Origin: Coniocarpon cinnabarinum
Taxonomy: Eukaryota
Direction: 5' to 3'
Assembly: GCA_051942205.1 (NCBI GenBank)
Contig: JAVECO010000069.1
Coordinates: forward strand, 1 to 64,000
DNA: 64,000 nucleotides
The first letter of the stretch is position 1. Every line of letters starts with the position of its first letter. This document shows positions 48,980-60,422 of this stretch, piece by piece. The notes under the pieces are model-generated. The model was not told the DNA's origin and searched no databases. It saw nothing but the letters and a program-made list of their open reading frames with translations. Position numbers and translations under genes: made by a program.

Positions 48980-51013
48980 TTACCGTCCGAAGCCGAACCA
49001 ACCCCTTTTCTTTTTATTTTGCTCTTCTGCTGGCTTCTCCGGCTCCTCTGCGCCCTCCTCCTGCCGCCGGCCTGGATAGTCGATGTAGTTCCACGCCAGA
49101 TCCAAGAATATTGGCTTCACAGGTACTGGCTCAACTTTCGGTGGGTAGTTGACCAGGTTTGTAAGGTCAACCTTTCCGTCTTCAGGATAGCGATCAAGGT
49201 GGTAGATCAGCGGCTCTTGATGCGTCTGCGGCTTTGCCACTTTCGGTGCAGAGCTCTGAGCAGTGTTGACGAGGGTGTTGCGCTGAGCAGAAAGGGGCGG
49301 GATAATTTCTTGCAACGCGACAAGCCCGTGCTGCTTCCGTGTCGCTTCATTAAGATGTTCCTGCAGTGCTGTGAGCTGAGAAGGGAAGACTCCTAGCTTG
49401 AGGCCGTCGAGAGGCGAGGTAATTGCAGTAGCGAGATGATCGACGTTGATTGCATTGGCGCGTCTGTTGGCGAGATCCAGCACTGCAAGGGCTTCTCGCT
49501 CGCGACCCAGGACTCGATGAGAAATGGCAATGTTCAGAGAGCGCAAAGTCGAGAAATAGACGCGCTTTGCGGCGAGCTCGTTCTGGAAGGCCGGGTCTCT
49601 CGCAGCTCCTCGAAGGGAGGCTGCGGAGTCAATGGACTGCAGTGTTAAGTCAAAAAGCTTGACTCGGGCAGTGAGGCGCGCGAGCTGCTTCGGTACGGGC
49701 TCCTCCTCTGACGGTGCAGATGGAGTACGGGGTCCATTGTTTTTGCCGTCAAGGTGCTCAGCTTGTTTCTTCTTGCTCTTTCTCGAGAGCTTGGTTGGCG
49801 AAAACCGGAGACCGTCATCACGCTGCCATTTCCCCTCACTTGACGATTCGGATGTGGCGCTGGAGATAAGCACTCGATTGCGTCCGACTCGCCAGGCAAT
49901 GAGGTCGTAGTTGACTGCGAGATCTGTCACCCGTAAGTCTTGCATGCGGCTGTCAGATTCGGCAACGCCTTCACGATTAAGCTCAGCTATAGCACGACGG
50001 ACATTGTCGACTGTGTCTTGAGCAGCGCCGAGAACATCGTCGTAGGCGGCAGCTATTATTTTTAGGATATGAGGACCAATGGCCTCGCTGCTCGCCTTAT
50101 CTGTTGTTTCTCTGAATTTGTCAATCACCAGAGATGTGTTTGCAAGAGCCTGTCCGATGCTTGCGTCCGCAATTGGAGCTTTGCGACCGCGCCAGGTGAC
50201 GGTCGTCGGGATGTCTCTCAATTCGCCGTCCGGAGCTTCAACTTTGGCTTGTGCCTGCTCAGAAGCAAGCGCTGCAGGATGAAAGGACTCTACTGCTTTG
50301 ATAAGCTGCACATCAGCTCGCGGAAAATGCTGCTTAGCAACTTGGTTTGGACTGAGCGTTCGGGGGTAACGCGCTTGATATGCTGCGTAGCGGATGCTGG
50401 GGTCGACATTCCCAAGCATCTCCTTGAATACGTCAAGCTTCGTGGCGTGTAGCAGCGCAGTGTAGATAACATGAGCGGTCGAGAAATGGGACAAACATGA
50501 TTGCCAGGTCGATTTTTGCACCGAGCTATCATCTGATGGTGGCTTACTGACATGTTTCTCAAATTCCAAAGATCCGTAGAGCACACACGCGTAAGCGCGT
50601 GCTTCTAGGATGTCTCGCTCCGTGGCTTTAGCAGCGGACTGCTCGTCCTTTAAGATCGTGGACAGCCGTTCCGCTGTCTTCGCCGCCTTGCACAAACGGG
50701 AGAGAACATGACTACGAGTCGCGCCTGAAACAGTCTGTTCGCCTTCGCCATGTGCGGCTTTCATCGCCATGGCAAAGGTCCAAGCTCTTTCCGCCGTGAG
50801 TAATTGAAGACGAGCAAATTCATGACTAGAACCTATATCGTCAGCAGATATCGGGATCTTTGTGCTCGGCTCTTTTTGATTCTTCTTGGTGGTTCTGCCT
50901 AGATTCTTGCGCGTTTTCAATAGTTGTCTTGACAGCTGAGTACGATATGCACTGTAGTCGCCAACCAGAAACGCTCGCTCGCGATTATGATGGATAAAAT
51001 TGCTGATGTCCAT
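48980..51013 (-). CDS. SRP68: Signal recognition particle subunit SRP68
   Basis: Motifs MDISNFI..GDYSAYRTQLSR, LLTAERAW, VDPSIRYAAYQ, NYPPKVEPVPVKPIFLDLAWNYIDYP and C-terminal KKRGWFGFGR. Confidence 0.92.
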   Translation of the reverse strand: MDISNFIHHNRERAFLVGDYSAYRTQLSRQLLKTRKNLGRTTKKNQKEPSTKIPISADDIGSSHEFARLQLLTAERAWTFAMAMKAAHGEGEQTVSGATRSHVLSRLCKAAKTAERLSTILKDEQSAAKATERDILEARAYACVLYGSLEFEKHVSKPPSDDSSVQKSTWQSCLSHFSTAHVIYTALLHATKLDVFKEMLGNVDPSIRYAAYQARYPRTLSPNQVAKQHFPRADVQLIKAVESFHPAALASEQAQAKVEAPDGELRDIPTTVTWRGRKAPIADASIGQALANTSLVIDKFRETTDKASSEAIGPHILKIIAAAYDDVLGAAQDTVDNVRRAIAELNREGVAESDSRMQDLRVTDLAVNYDLIAWRVGRNRVLISSATSESSSEGKWQRDDGLRFSPTKLSRKSKKKQAEHLDGKNNGPRTPSAPSEEEPVPKQLARLTARVKLFDLTLQSIDSAASLRGAARDPAFQNELAAKRVYFSTLRSLNIAISHRVLGREREALAVLDLANRRANAINVDHLATAITSPLDGLKLGVFPSQLTALQEHLNEATRKQHGLVALQEIIPPLSAQRNTLVNTAQSSAPKVAKPQTHQEPLIYHLDRYPEDGKVDLTNLVNYPPKVEPVPVKPIFLDLAWNYIDYPGRRQEEGAEEPEKPAEEQNKKKRGWFGFGR

Positions 51014-51376
51014 GACGAAGACGAGATCGGAGTAATTAGCCTGATTGCTGTCTGTGTGTCCTCCGGGCCGATGCACTTTCTGTCGATGGTTCTTCGTAAT
51101 ACTTATTTGTTCTGGATTGGTTTGTGGTGCCTCAACTTTACGCACCGGCACCAACGCCTGGTCACATCACGTGCGCATTTTCTGATACCAGCGGGACACC
51201 TCCCCTAATTAAACGGTTCAACCTACGCTTGTGAGAACGTGGGGGCAAGCAAATTGTTTGGCTCGGGGTTTTGTCAAAGTGTCTCATCCTTCTTGTTATT
51301 GTGATTGGGCGAGAACGACCAGCTGCGGTGTCCGCTGTTTGTTCCCTCTGCGTGAGGTGAAAGCCACTTCTGTACC

Positions 51377-54300
51377 ATGGACCCGGCCACAGCTATAGGT
51401 CTCATCTCGGCCATAGGCGAGATAGTCCACGCCATATATGCGTATGGCACCGCTGTCAAGGAAGCCTCCAAGGAAATTGCCAGGCTACGTAGTGAACTTT
51501 TCGGCCTCAAGGCAGCTTTGGAGCAGATCGCGTCAGATATCCATGGACAGTTCTCGCAGCTCTCTTTAAATGACAGTGTTGAACCAAGTGCGCAAGCTGC
51601 AAGTGGCCAGAACTTGGGCAGTACCGCTGATTCCAGCGCACTTCATCTGAGTAGAAGCGACACGCTGTACTCTCAAAGCACTGACCGCACCCTCGTAAAT
51701 GACGGCACCACTCAGTCGGACTTTTCACCATTTCTCTCGCCGATCTTGAACAGCGAAGAGACCGCGAGAACCTTTGAGGATGCAAAGAAGTTGCTTGACG
51801 AGCTGGCTAAGGCTCTAGGCTCTCAGCCTCGAACCCGCGTCGGACGCATTGTGCAGAGAGCCGCGTGGCCGCTGAAGAAAGCTGAAACAGATCGGATAGC
51901 TGACCACCTAGAGAGATTGAAGACGTACTTTATATTGGCAGTAACATCAGACAATCTCAGTGTTTGTCGGCAAGTATATTGGGAAGTTCGAGCGTTACGG
52001 AGAGATGTTGAGGATCAAGCCATGCAAACTGATCTTCAAGCGCTGCGCCGGGTAGTGCCAACAATACTCCAACGGTGAAGTGTTCTGCTAACTCATTCAG
52101 GACGCGGCAGACTGGCTCTCACCGGTCGAACCGTACATTTTCCAGTCGCGTCTAATTAGTAACCGTTTGAAAGGTACGGGCGAGTGGTTCGTGAGAGGCC
52201 ATCTCGTTCCTTGGCTTTCAGGCGACAAAGTTGGGAGAGAACAACTTATCTGGCTGAAAGGTAAACCTGGCTCTGGGAAGTCTACGTTGTTCTCAGCGTG
52301 CGTAGAAGCGATGAGCAATCTCGAAAAGCAAAATCCAGACACATATGGCGACTTCGCTTTCTTCTATTGCTCAGCAACTGAACCTAGATCCCAATTGCCT
52401 ATCAATATCCTAGGGTCTTTCATTGTGCAAATTTGCAATCGCAAGCCTCAATTCTGGCCTGCCTTTGAGAATTAGGTGAGTTCTGCAAGGCCTTGGTAAA
52501 TGAGTCAGACAATGGTGAAGGTGCACGCGCGTATCAATCCATTCCAAAAGCACCCTACATGGGCCAATATTAGAAACATCCTACAGTCAGATTGCTCGAG
52601 TAGAAACACGCCCTGTATCTACTCGAAATATCAACGCTAGACACAAAAGTGTAAACAAAGTCTGAAAAATTTAAGGAAATAATGTGACATTTGCGCTGCG
52701 GCATTTGCGCCACGATTTCTGGTACTATACCTTGGACCTGTGCTGACGCTTGCTTTTTCAGTGCGTGTCGAAAACTTTCGTTCGAATTAGGCTCGAGCTG
52801 ACATTGCGACTTCGAACAGTTTCAAAGAGACCAAGGAAGGAAGTGGCAGTCAATTCCAGACCGCAGAACTTCCAGCCTTGGAACGCCTGCTTATTGACAC
52901 CTGTCGTCAGCTTCCACGTCTAATCCTCCTGTTAGATGCTCTAAATGAGAGCGCGCAGGCTAACCAAACGATTCGATTGGTGTTTGCAATACTTGGGAAG
53001 TTGCAAAATGTTCAAGCTTTGATCACGAGCACTGAAGAAACGAACATACTGGGCCGACGAGAATTAGTGACGATCAAGAGCGTGAACATGAACACCGATC
53101 CTGTCTACTCTGATATAAAGGCATACATTGACGTTTGTGAAAGTACCATTCCAGTTCTACAACGATCACCAAAGACACTTCGCAACGATGTCAAAGCAGA
53201 ACTCTTGTCCCGGTCTGATGGCTCGTATGATAGGCTAATCGTGATTTTGGAGAAGTTTACTCGCTGATACTGGCAGATTTCGTTGGGTATCCTGTCAACT
53301 TGATCTTATCGCAAGACAACGCTCAGCCAAAGATATTCGCCTAGCGCTAAAGCGTGTGCCGGCAACTTTGGAAGAGACCTATGTGTCAATACTTTGCGGA
53401 ATTGCTGTTGAGGACCGAGATTTGGTTCGCGAGTTTCTCAAATGGCTTACATTCGCTCAGTCCGGACTCACTCTGAGTGAAGTTACCGAAGCAGCTATCC
53501 TTTCCAACGACTATCCCCCCCTGGATATAGAAGCACGAATATTAGAAAATGACAGCCTCCTCCAGCAGCTGAGGAGTCTTATCAGATACGAGCGAGTCAC
53601 TCAAAGAATTGGGCTAGCCCATGACTCTGTGCGGACCTTTCTTACCACAGCTAACATCATGAAAACGGATGCAGCATTCTATTATCTCGATGAAGAGATA
53701 TGTCAGTGCGACTTGGCTTTGAAGTGCATTGGGTATCTGAGCTTGCCCGTTTTTGCCGGTGGATACTGCCATCCGCAGGAACTCCAGGAGCGTCCATACG
53801 ATTGGCCGTTGCTACTTTACGCAGCATATTTCTGGACCAAACACCTCGGCATCGCCACGAATGCAAGCGAAGCCGGCCTATCGCCCTCATTCTCTGTTGG
53901 TCTGAACAGATTCTTTAGCTCCATTGACACATGTGACCGAGGTGGTAATTTTGCAGCGTGGTGAGTACGCTTGCCCTATCCCAGCCATGATCTCTACGGA
54001 ATACGTGTACTGAAGCCCAGTCTTATAGGTATCAAGTCGTGTTCCCCGAGGGCAACCCCAAGATCTGGATGACCCATCCGCTGTACACGGCAGCCCGCCA
54101 AGGGCTGTTACCGGTTGTGAAAGCTATACTTGCCTCAGAAGGAACGGACACCCTCGAGCGGCGTGGCGGCCGCACACTGTCGACGCCGTTGCACGTCGCT
54201 GCGACCTATGGTCACCTGGACGTCGTGAAAGAGCTCCTCCGACAAAGCGCTAACCCCAATGAGACGAACTCGTTGGGAGAGTGCGGTCTGAATTGGGCTC

Positions 54301-54461
54301 ACTTCTACGGCTACACAGACGTTGTCAATGCCCTCATCGCAGGCGGTGCAGACTCGCGCCGGATCTACCAAGGCCTCGGTCGGCCGATACATGTACCTGG
54401 ACGACTACCTGCATGGATGAAGGGCGGATTTGACAGCGTGCAAGCCCGAGAGCCAGTATAG
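51377..54461 (+). CDS. Fungal NLR-like STAND protein: HeLo-like/SesA-type N-terminus, NACHT, winged helix, ankyrin repeats (856 aa if the stwintron is spliced)
   Basis: N-terminus MDPATAIGLISAIG..EIARLRSEL, then GTGEWF, Walker A GKPGSGKS, Walker B LLLDALNE, SFRWVSCQL, PATLEETY, LAHDSVRTFL and ankyrin TPLHVAATYGHLDVVKELL. Exons 51377-52051, 52101-52474, 52820-53224, 53277-53960 and 54029-54461 total 2571 nt in frame. Confidence 0.85.
52475..52819 (+). other. Predicted [D1,2] spliceosomal twin intron (stwintron)
   Basis: Structure is G | GTGAGT..GCTGAC..TTTTTCAG (internal intron 52476-52761) | TGCGT..GCTGAC..AACAG. Removing the internal intron recreates donor GTGCGT. The second excision gives AAT TA+T TTC, which is in frame and has no stop. 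Confidence 0.8.
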
Positions 54462-54914
54462 AGTGCTGAGCTGAGCTGCGCAACGCTAAGACGGTCGCGT
54501 CTAGACACTGTGGAAACGGCATCCGATGCGAGCACGATAGGTAAGAACGAAGAGACCCTTGCCAAGCAACCTAAGAGCCAAGGTGTGCAGTGGCAGTAGT
54601 GAGGTCACATCAACCACATTTTGCAGCTCGGCGAGTCATGTGACAAGCACGCAATGTATCTCACACCTTGATACGGGCCAGAGAAACAGCATTCGACCTG
54701 TCTGCGTCGCTCTCCCGCTGTGCGCTCTCGGCAAGCCTTTTCTCTTGGCTGTCCAGATTGCGGGGGTTGTAGTGGCGAGCACTTCTCCTTCTCTCGCAGC
54801 TTACACTGTTGACGATTCCCAGTGGGTAAAGCAGCATCTCCGTCCAAACGCTCGGATCTGCTCAATTGAAGTCACTCCTGGCTATCATTTCACAAGCAAG
54901 TCCAAGGTCGCTGC

Positions 54915-56739
54915 ATGACCATGGTTGGATCAAGATTCTCTCTTGGCTCATCCACCGCCCACGACGTTGAGCGTGCAAGAGGAGAAAAGTATGACCATGC
55001 TCAGGACATCACTGAGGTTGTCGCGACGGAGGCCACTTTGGCTCCGAACGCAGAAAAAGACTCTCTTCATCGAAATCTGCAAGCCCGTCATATTTCCATG
55101 ATCGCGCTGGGGGGAGCTCTTGGAACTGGCTTGATCATTGGCACTGGCTCGATCCTTGCACGCGCTGGTCCAGCCTCGATTCTCATTGCCTATTCCATCG
55201 TGGGCATATTGGTTTATCTGGGTGAGTCTCTAAGACCAAGTTCAGCTTCTAGGGGCGACATCCCTACCCAAGGCGTTTATGCTATGGTCACTTCCTCATT
55301 CATCGTCACTAACGCGTGTCGGTCTAGTCATGTGTGCGCTTGGCGAGATGGCTGCTTATTTACCACTTGCGTCTGGCTTTACTGGATATGCGACTCGGTT
55401 TTGCGATCCAGCTTTAGGGTTTGCTCTGGGGTACACCTACTGGTTCAAATACATTATCACCACTCCAAATCAACTTGTGGCAAGTGCCTTGGTAATACAA
55501 TATTGGTGTCCTCCAGAGCGCGTCAATCCTGGCGCGTGGGTGGCCATCTTCATCGTCACAATTGTCGTCATCAACTCGGTCGGAACGGTTGGCGTTTTTG
55601 GTGAAGTGGAATTCTGGATGAGTTCCTTAAAAGTCTGCGTTATCGTCGGAGTGATGCTGGTCTGTCTCGTCATCGCGCTGGGAGGTGCACCGGACAATGA
55701 CAGAAGAGGATTTCGGTATTGGCACGATCCAGGTGCTTTCAAGCCTTATCTGGACACGGGGGACGCTGGCAATTTTTACGGCTTCTGGAGCAGTCTGGTC
55801 ACTGCTGTTTTTGCGTTCCTTGGCACTGAACTCGTGGGCGTGACGGTCGGCGAAGCTCAAAATCCCCGCAAGGTCATTCCACGCGCCATCCGGCTGACCT
55901 TTTGGCGCATCCTCGTGTTCTACATTATCAGTGTACTACTTCTTGGCATGTGTGTGCCATACAACAGTCCTGCCTTATTATTTGCGACGAAGAAGACTAC
56001 TACAGCTAACGCTGCTGCGAGTCCGTTTGTAGTGGCCATTCAACTCGCAAAGATCAAATACCTGCCCAGTATTCTCAATGCTGGGTTCCTGGTGTTCGTG
56101 CTCAGCGCTGCTAATAGCGATCTATACATCGCCAGTCGTACCTTGTACGGGTTGGCAAGCGAGCACAAGGCACCTAGCGTTTTCCGATACACCAACAGTC
56201 GGGGTATACCACTCGTTGCACTGTATAGCAGCAGCTTGTTCTGTCTGTTGGCTTTCATGAGTGTCAGCAAAGGAAGCAGCACTGTCTTTGGTTACTTCGT
56301 CAATCTTGTTTCCATGTTCGGTCTGCTGACATGGATTTCGATCCTCGTTTCTCATACGTTCTTTGTACGAGCCCGACGGGCACAAGGCATCCCTGACAGC
56401 GCTCTTCCATTCAAAGCACCGTTCGGTCTATGGGGCTCTTACATCAGTCTATTCTTCTGCTGTCTCATCGGTCTAACCAAAAATTTCAACGTGTTTGTTG
56501 GGACATTCGATTACGCCAATTTCATAACTGGATATCTTGGCATTCCGTTGTACCTTATCATGATAGCCGGGTATAAGATTGCGATGCGATCGGAGAGAGT
56601 ACATGCTTCCTCAGCAGACTTGCACACCGGCAAGGATAAGATTGATCGTGAGGAGCAAGAGTTCTTGGCAATGAAGGCCGATCAGCACGGAGAGCGCAAA
56701 GGCCGTGGCCTCTACAAGTTTGTGTCGTGGTTGTTCTGA
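54915..56739 (+). CDS. Amino acid permease (APC/YAT family, Dip5-like), 572 aa
   Basis: Motifs LHRNLQARHISMIALGGALGTGL, LGEMAAYLP, FGEVEFW, GFRYWHDPGAF, GTELVGVTVGEAQNPRK and ANSDLYIASRTLYGLA. Intron 55222-55327. Confidence 0.93.
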
Positions 56740-56777
56740 GGAAGATTGCGCTTTATTAGTCAAGTCAGTGGCAATGG

Positions 56778-57881
56778 TCACGTTGCTAGAAGAAGCTCGC
56801 AGTCTCTGGCCAGGGGAGCTGCTAGACCGCAGACTCTTACGTCAGTGAGCGTTTTCAAGATTGATGAAGCGCAGTCGTCGTCACTAAGCGCCGAAGTTCC
56901 ATTTTCTACTTTATCACGCTGTCTTCGAGGAGAGGCCGGATCAAACGGACGCCAGTGCTCAATTAAGCTGCCCTCGTATCCAGTGTTCAAGCGATACATG
57001 ACCCGCCACCCAGCCCAGCGGAATGCCATCGCATAATCTATTTTCGTAAACCTCATCGCAGCGCCATTCGACGGACTAGCAGGAACGCCTGACGAGCCGC
57101 TTGATCTTCGCAAAGAAAACGCCGGATCCACCTGACCATCAGTCTGCTTCACTGCAACACAGATATCGGCAGATTCGTCCTGCATTGCAATGGCATGCAG
57201 CATGTCAGAGTGACCGTTCCGACGCTGAATATGTGCTTTGCAACGGCCTCGATCATTGTGAGCACGAGTCGCCACCCCGCTCTCAATCCTTTCTCGGCAA
57301 CGGTCGATCCCTCGTTGCTGTCTGTCCCAAATCTCGGCGAGCACAGCTAACACTTCAGCAAAATATAGAGACCGGTTGTGCCGGCACTGAATCAAGTAGT
57401 GATAGTATGTCGGCCAGCGAACCCATCCTCGGTGCCTGTAGGACAATGAGAGGTATCGCCGCACAGGATGGGCGAACTTCATCAGCGCCCAGGAGCCCGA
57501 GATGTCGTAGAAGGGGCATCGAGGAAATGGCAGGCCAAACAGGTATCTTAGGGGGCGTGAGTCGCAGAGCAGATATCTCTTCGTCATGCTCATGCCGAAG
57601 CGTGTAACGAATGGGTTGTACTTTGTTGAGGTGCATTCATGAGGGTAGTCGTCGGGCACATCCTCATCAACGGCTGGGATGGCCTCTTCGTCGCGATACC
57701 ACAGCCGGCTCAGGATCAAACCAGAGTTGTTTATTGTATCAAACCATCGTCGACACACGCGCTGCGACATTAGTATGTCTCTGATTGGCAAGAGCGTCAA
57801 AGCATCCTCGAGCAGTTCGGTTATAGCGCTAAAGCGCTCGAACGCAGGGTTATAGAGCGGAAAATGGGCATCATAGGCCAT
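56778..57881 (-). CDS. F-box domain protein, 367 aa
   Basis: N-terminal F-box-like motif ITELLEDALTLLPIRDILMSQRVCRRWFDTI. The remainder is unrecognised. Confidence 0.7.
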   Translation of the reverse strand: MAYDAHFPLYNPAFERFSAITELLEDALTLLPIRDILMSQRVCRRWFDTINNSGLILSRLWYRDEEAIPAVDEDVPDDYPHECTSTKYNPFVTRFGMSMTKRYLLCDSRPLRYLFGLPFPRCPFYDISGSWALMKFAHPVRRYLSLSYRHRGWVRWPTYYHYLIQCRHNRSLYFAEVLAVLAEIWDRQQRGIDRCRERIESGVATRAHNDRGRCKAHIQRRNGHSDMLHAIAMQDESADICVAVKQTDGQVDPAFSLRRSSGSSGVPASPSNGAAMRFTKIDYAMAFRWAGWRVMYRLNTGYEGSLIEHWRPFDPASPRRQRDKVENGTSALSDDDCASSILKTLTDVRVCGLAAPLARDCELLLAT

Positions 57882-58483
57882 CAGGAAAACTCAGGTGTAC
57901 TGAGATCCTCGCTGCCTACGTACCGCTTAAACGAATTTGCTCGAGTCACAGGATAGTGCACGTGGAGTGAATGCTGGGACATTGGTAATTGCAATGTGGA
58001 CCAGCTTGCACACACCCGGCACACACTAATGTGCAGTGCGCAGCCGCCTCAGGGTCAAATGCGCTTCAATGCGGATCAACAAGTTGCGCTCGAGTTTCAG
58101 TGGGTACCTAAACATTGCCTCCACAGCTGCTTCTCAGAGTATCTTGATCTGGGTGTAGGACCAAGCGCCAATGGCTCAATGATGATATTCCCGACAAGTT
58201 TCCGTTGCGAGTCAGCGGCAGGTGAAGTCATCACGCAAGGTCGGTGTGCAGGATTGTTGCACAGCGTTGAGCCCCGCCTCCTTCCTTACTCGTCGTTGGT
58301 GACACTGCCGACGCTTTGGTGGACCAGCACTTTAGCCTCCTAGCCTTTCGTCACAGCCCGGGGGTGGAGCATTCCTGCGGCGATCGGGGATCTCGTCGAC
58401 GAGATGGCTGCTCAGCAGTTGTTCCTCGTCGTCCTTGAAAACCCGTCGCTCGCCTGTGTCTGTACAGCCGTTCAAGAACCACC

Positions 58484-59922
58484 ATGAGGTCCGTTGCACT
58501 GCTCATTGCCAGCTATCTGGCGGTCTTCTCTTGGGCTCAGGTCACCTTTCAAGATGCATCAAACACGATGCTGCGTGTTGACAATGGCACCCAAGGGCCA
58601 CCGATCGAGGAAGTCCAGTAAGCTGAGACCTGCTTCAGCAGCAGGACGACACTGTTTCTGACAATCGTCAGCTACTACTACGACCAGTGGCCCATAGGAA
58701 TTGCGGTAGCAAGTGATGGTCGGCTGTTTGCGTCTTTTACGCGTGGCTCGTATGAATATACTGTCGGCGTGATTGTGAACAAGACTGCTGAAGCTCCGTC
58801 GGTCTCAAAGCTCCAAATGGTGTCAAAAACCATCCCAACTGACATCGACTCCCCAGTTTCCCTCCTACAGGGTCTGTCCAGAACCTTCCGGCAAATGCAT
58901 TGAACACCAGCTGGAATGGCATAGACTTCGGCAGTGGCAACTCGAGTGCACTGATCAATGTTCAAGCGCTCGAAATCACTCCTGCATTGCCACAACGACC
59001 AGAGACGCTGTGGCTACTTGACACTGGCCGGCCTACGATTCACGACGCCAATAACAACCCTAGCATGCCCTACGCACAGCCAGGTGGACCCAAGATTGTT
59101 GCAGTCAACATTACAAGCAACGACGGCGGTGGCGCAAATGGGTCTCACAATGACACAGTCTATGCGGTCTACACATTCCCCAGCACCGTCCACTACCCAG
59201 ACAGTTATATGAATGACCTGCGCTTCGACTTGCACAGCGACGTTTCGGGCACGAGCGGCCATGGCATTTGCTACATCGTCGATAGCAGCAACGAGGGGCG
59301 ACCTGGGTTTATCATGCTAGATCTCGGGACTGGCGAAAGCTGGCGCCGTTTGAATCAAGATCCCTCCGTCCTGCGTGGCCCATGGAACATCCCTAGCTAC
59401 GTGGGAAATCCTTTCTATCTTCGACAGAAGGGCATGCCGTTGACAGGCCAGCTCGAAGGTCTAGACGGGATCCAGCTCTCGCCCGATGGGAGCAGAATGT
59501 ACTACTCTCCACTGTCTACTGCAGATCTGTGGTCCATCCCTACCGTAAATCTGCGCGCCCGAGACAGCGACGAGCTTGCAGAACTCGCCGCGCATGGCAA
59601 TGTGTCCAGTCATGGGCAGCGCGGAGGAGATGCGAATGGCTTCGAGGGGGACGACCAGGGGCGCATCTACCAGTGCATGCCCACACAGAATGCCATCTAT
59701 TATTACGACCCTGGCGACCTGCAGACGCATGGATTCGTGCGGGACCCGCGCATCGTGTGGCCCGATGGTGCAAGTGTTGGGGAAGATGGCTACATTTACA
59801 TGAACATCAACCAGCTGTATTTCCAAGGGGACTGGAACAATGGAGTGGACACGAGGACCCATCCGGGCGCGATCTTGCGAGCGAAGTTGCCGAATGGCGC
59901 GAGTAAACAAAGAATCGGCTAG
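58484..59922 (+). CDS. Secreted major royal jelly protein / yellow family beta-propeller, 441 aa
   Basis: Signal peptide MRSVALLIASYLAVFSWA. Exons 58484-58617, 58672-58797 and 58857-59922 join in frame. Motifs LWLLDTGRP, GGPKIVAVNI, MNDLRFD, DLGTGESWRRL, DGIQLSPDG, DPRIVWPDG and NINQL. Confidence 0.88.
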
Positions 59923-60422
59923 ACGGAGGATACCGGGTTGGTGGGTAGAGACATTGGCAGTGGCTGGTGTCGTGCATGAGGCGCCCTGGTAGCCTCGTCG
60001 AAACGGGTGAGACACGTGTCCAGGAACTGTATATAAATCGGCATTCGAAACCAGGGTGCGCGACTGCACCACACATTGATTTAGAACAAGTCTGAAACCC
60101 GCCTAAGAATTGCCGTTTTGGTAACATGTCTCAATGCGTGCAGTGGTCGACTTGGTCCAGAGAGGTTTCAAGACTCAACCGATCGATTGCGGCGTCGCCC
60201 TGCGGTATCGGAAAGGCCGAGCCGGCCAAAAGTTAAGTTTAGAGTTAAACAAGCAGTAAATAATCTTGGTCAAGGGGCGTGGAAGATGGAGGAGGGGAAT
60301 ACAAAACCGGCGAATGTACATATAAAGAGGAGCCCAAGGACTATGACCACGACATAGCAAGTACGCCGAGCTTTTTGTATGTTTGTATATACTCGATCCA
60401 TCCAATTGACACACTGCGAAGC

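Noticed and set aside
52473..52475. TAG read as a nonsense mutation (pseudogene, RIP CAG-to-TAG) or as an A-to-I stop-correction site
   Set aside because: The stwintron model removes the stop and explains both branch/acceptor sets and the TGCGT remnant. The gene shows no other lesions or RIP bias. Kept only as the alternative hypothesis.
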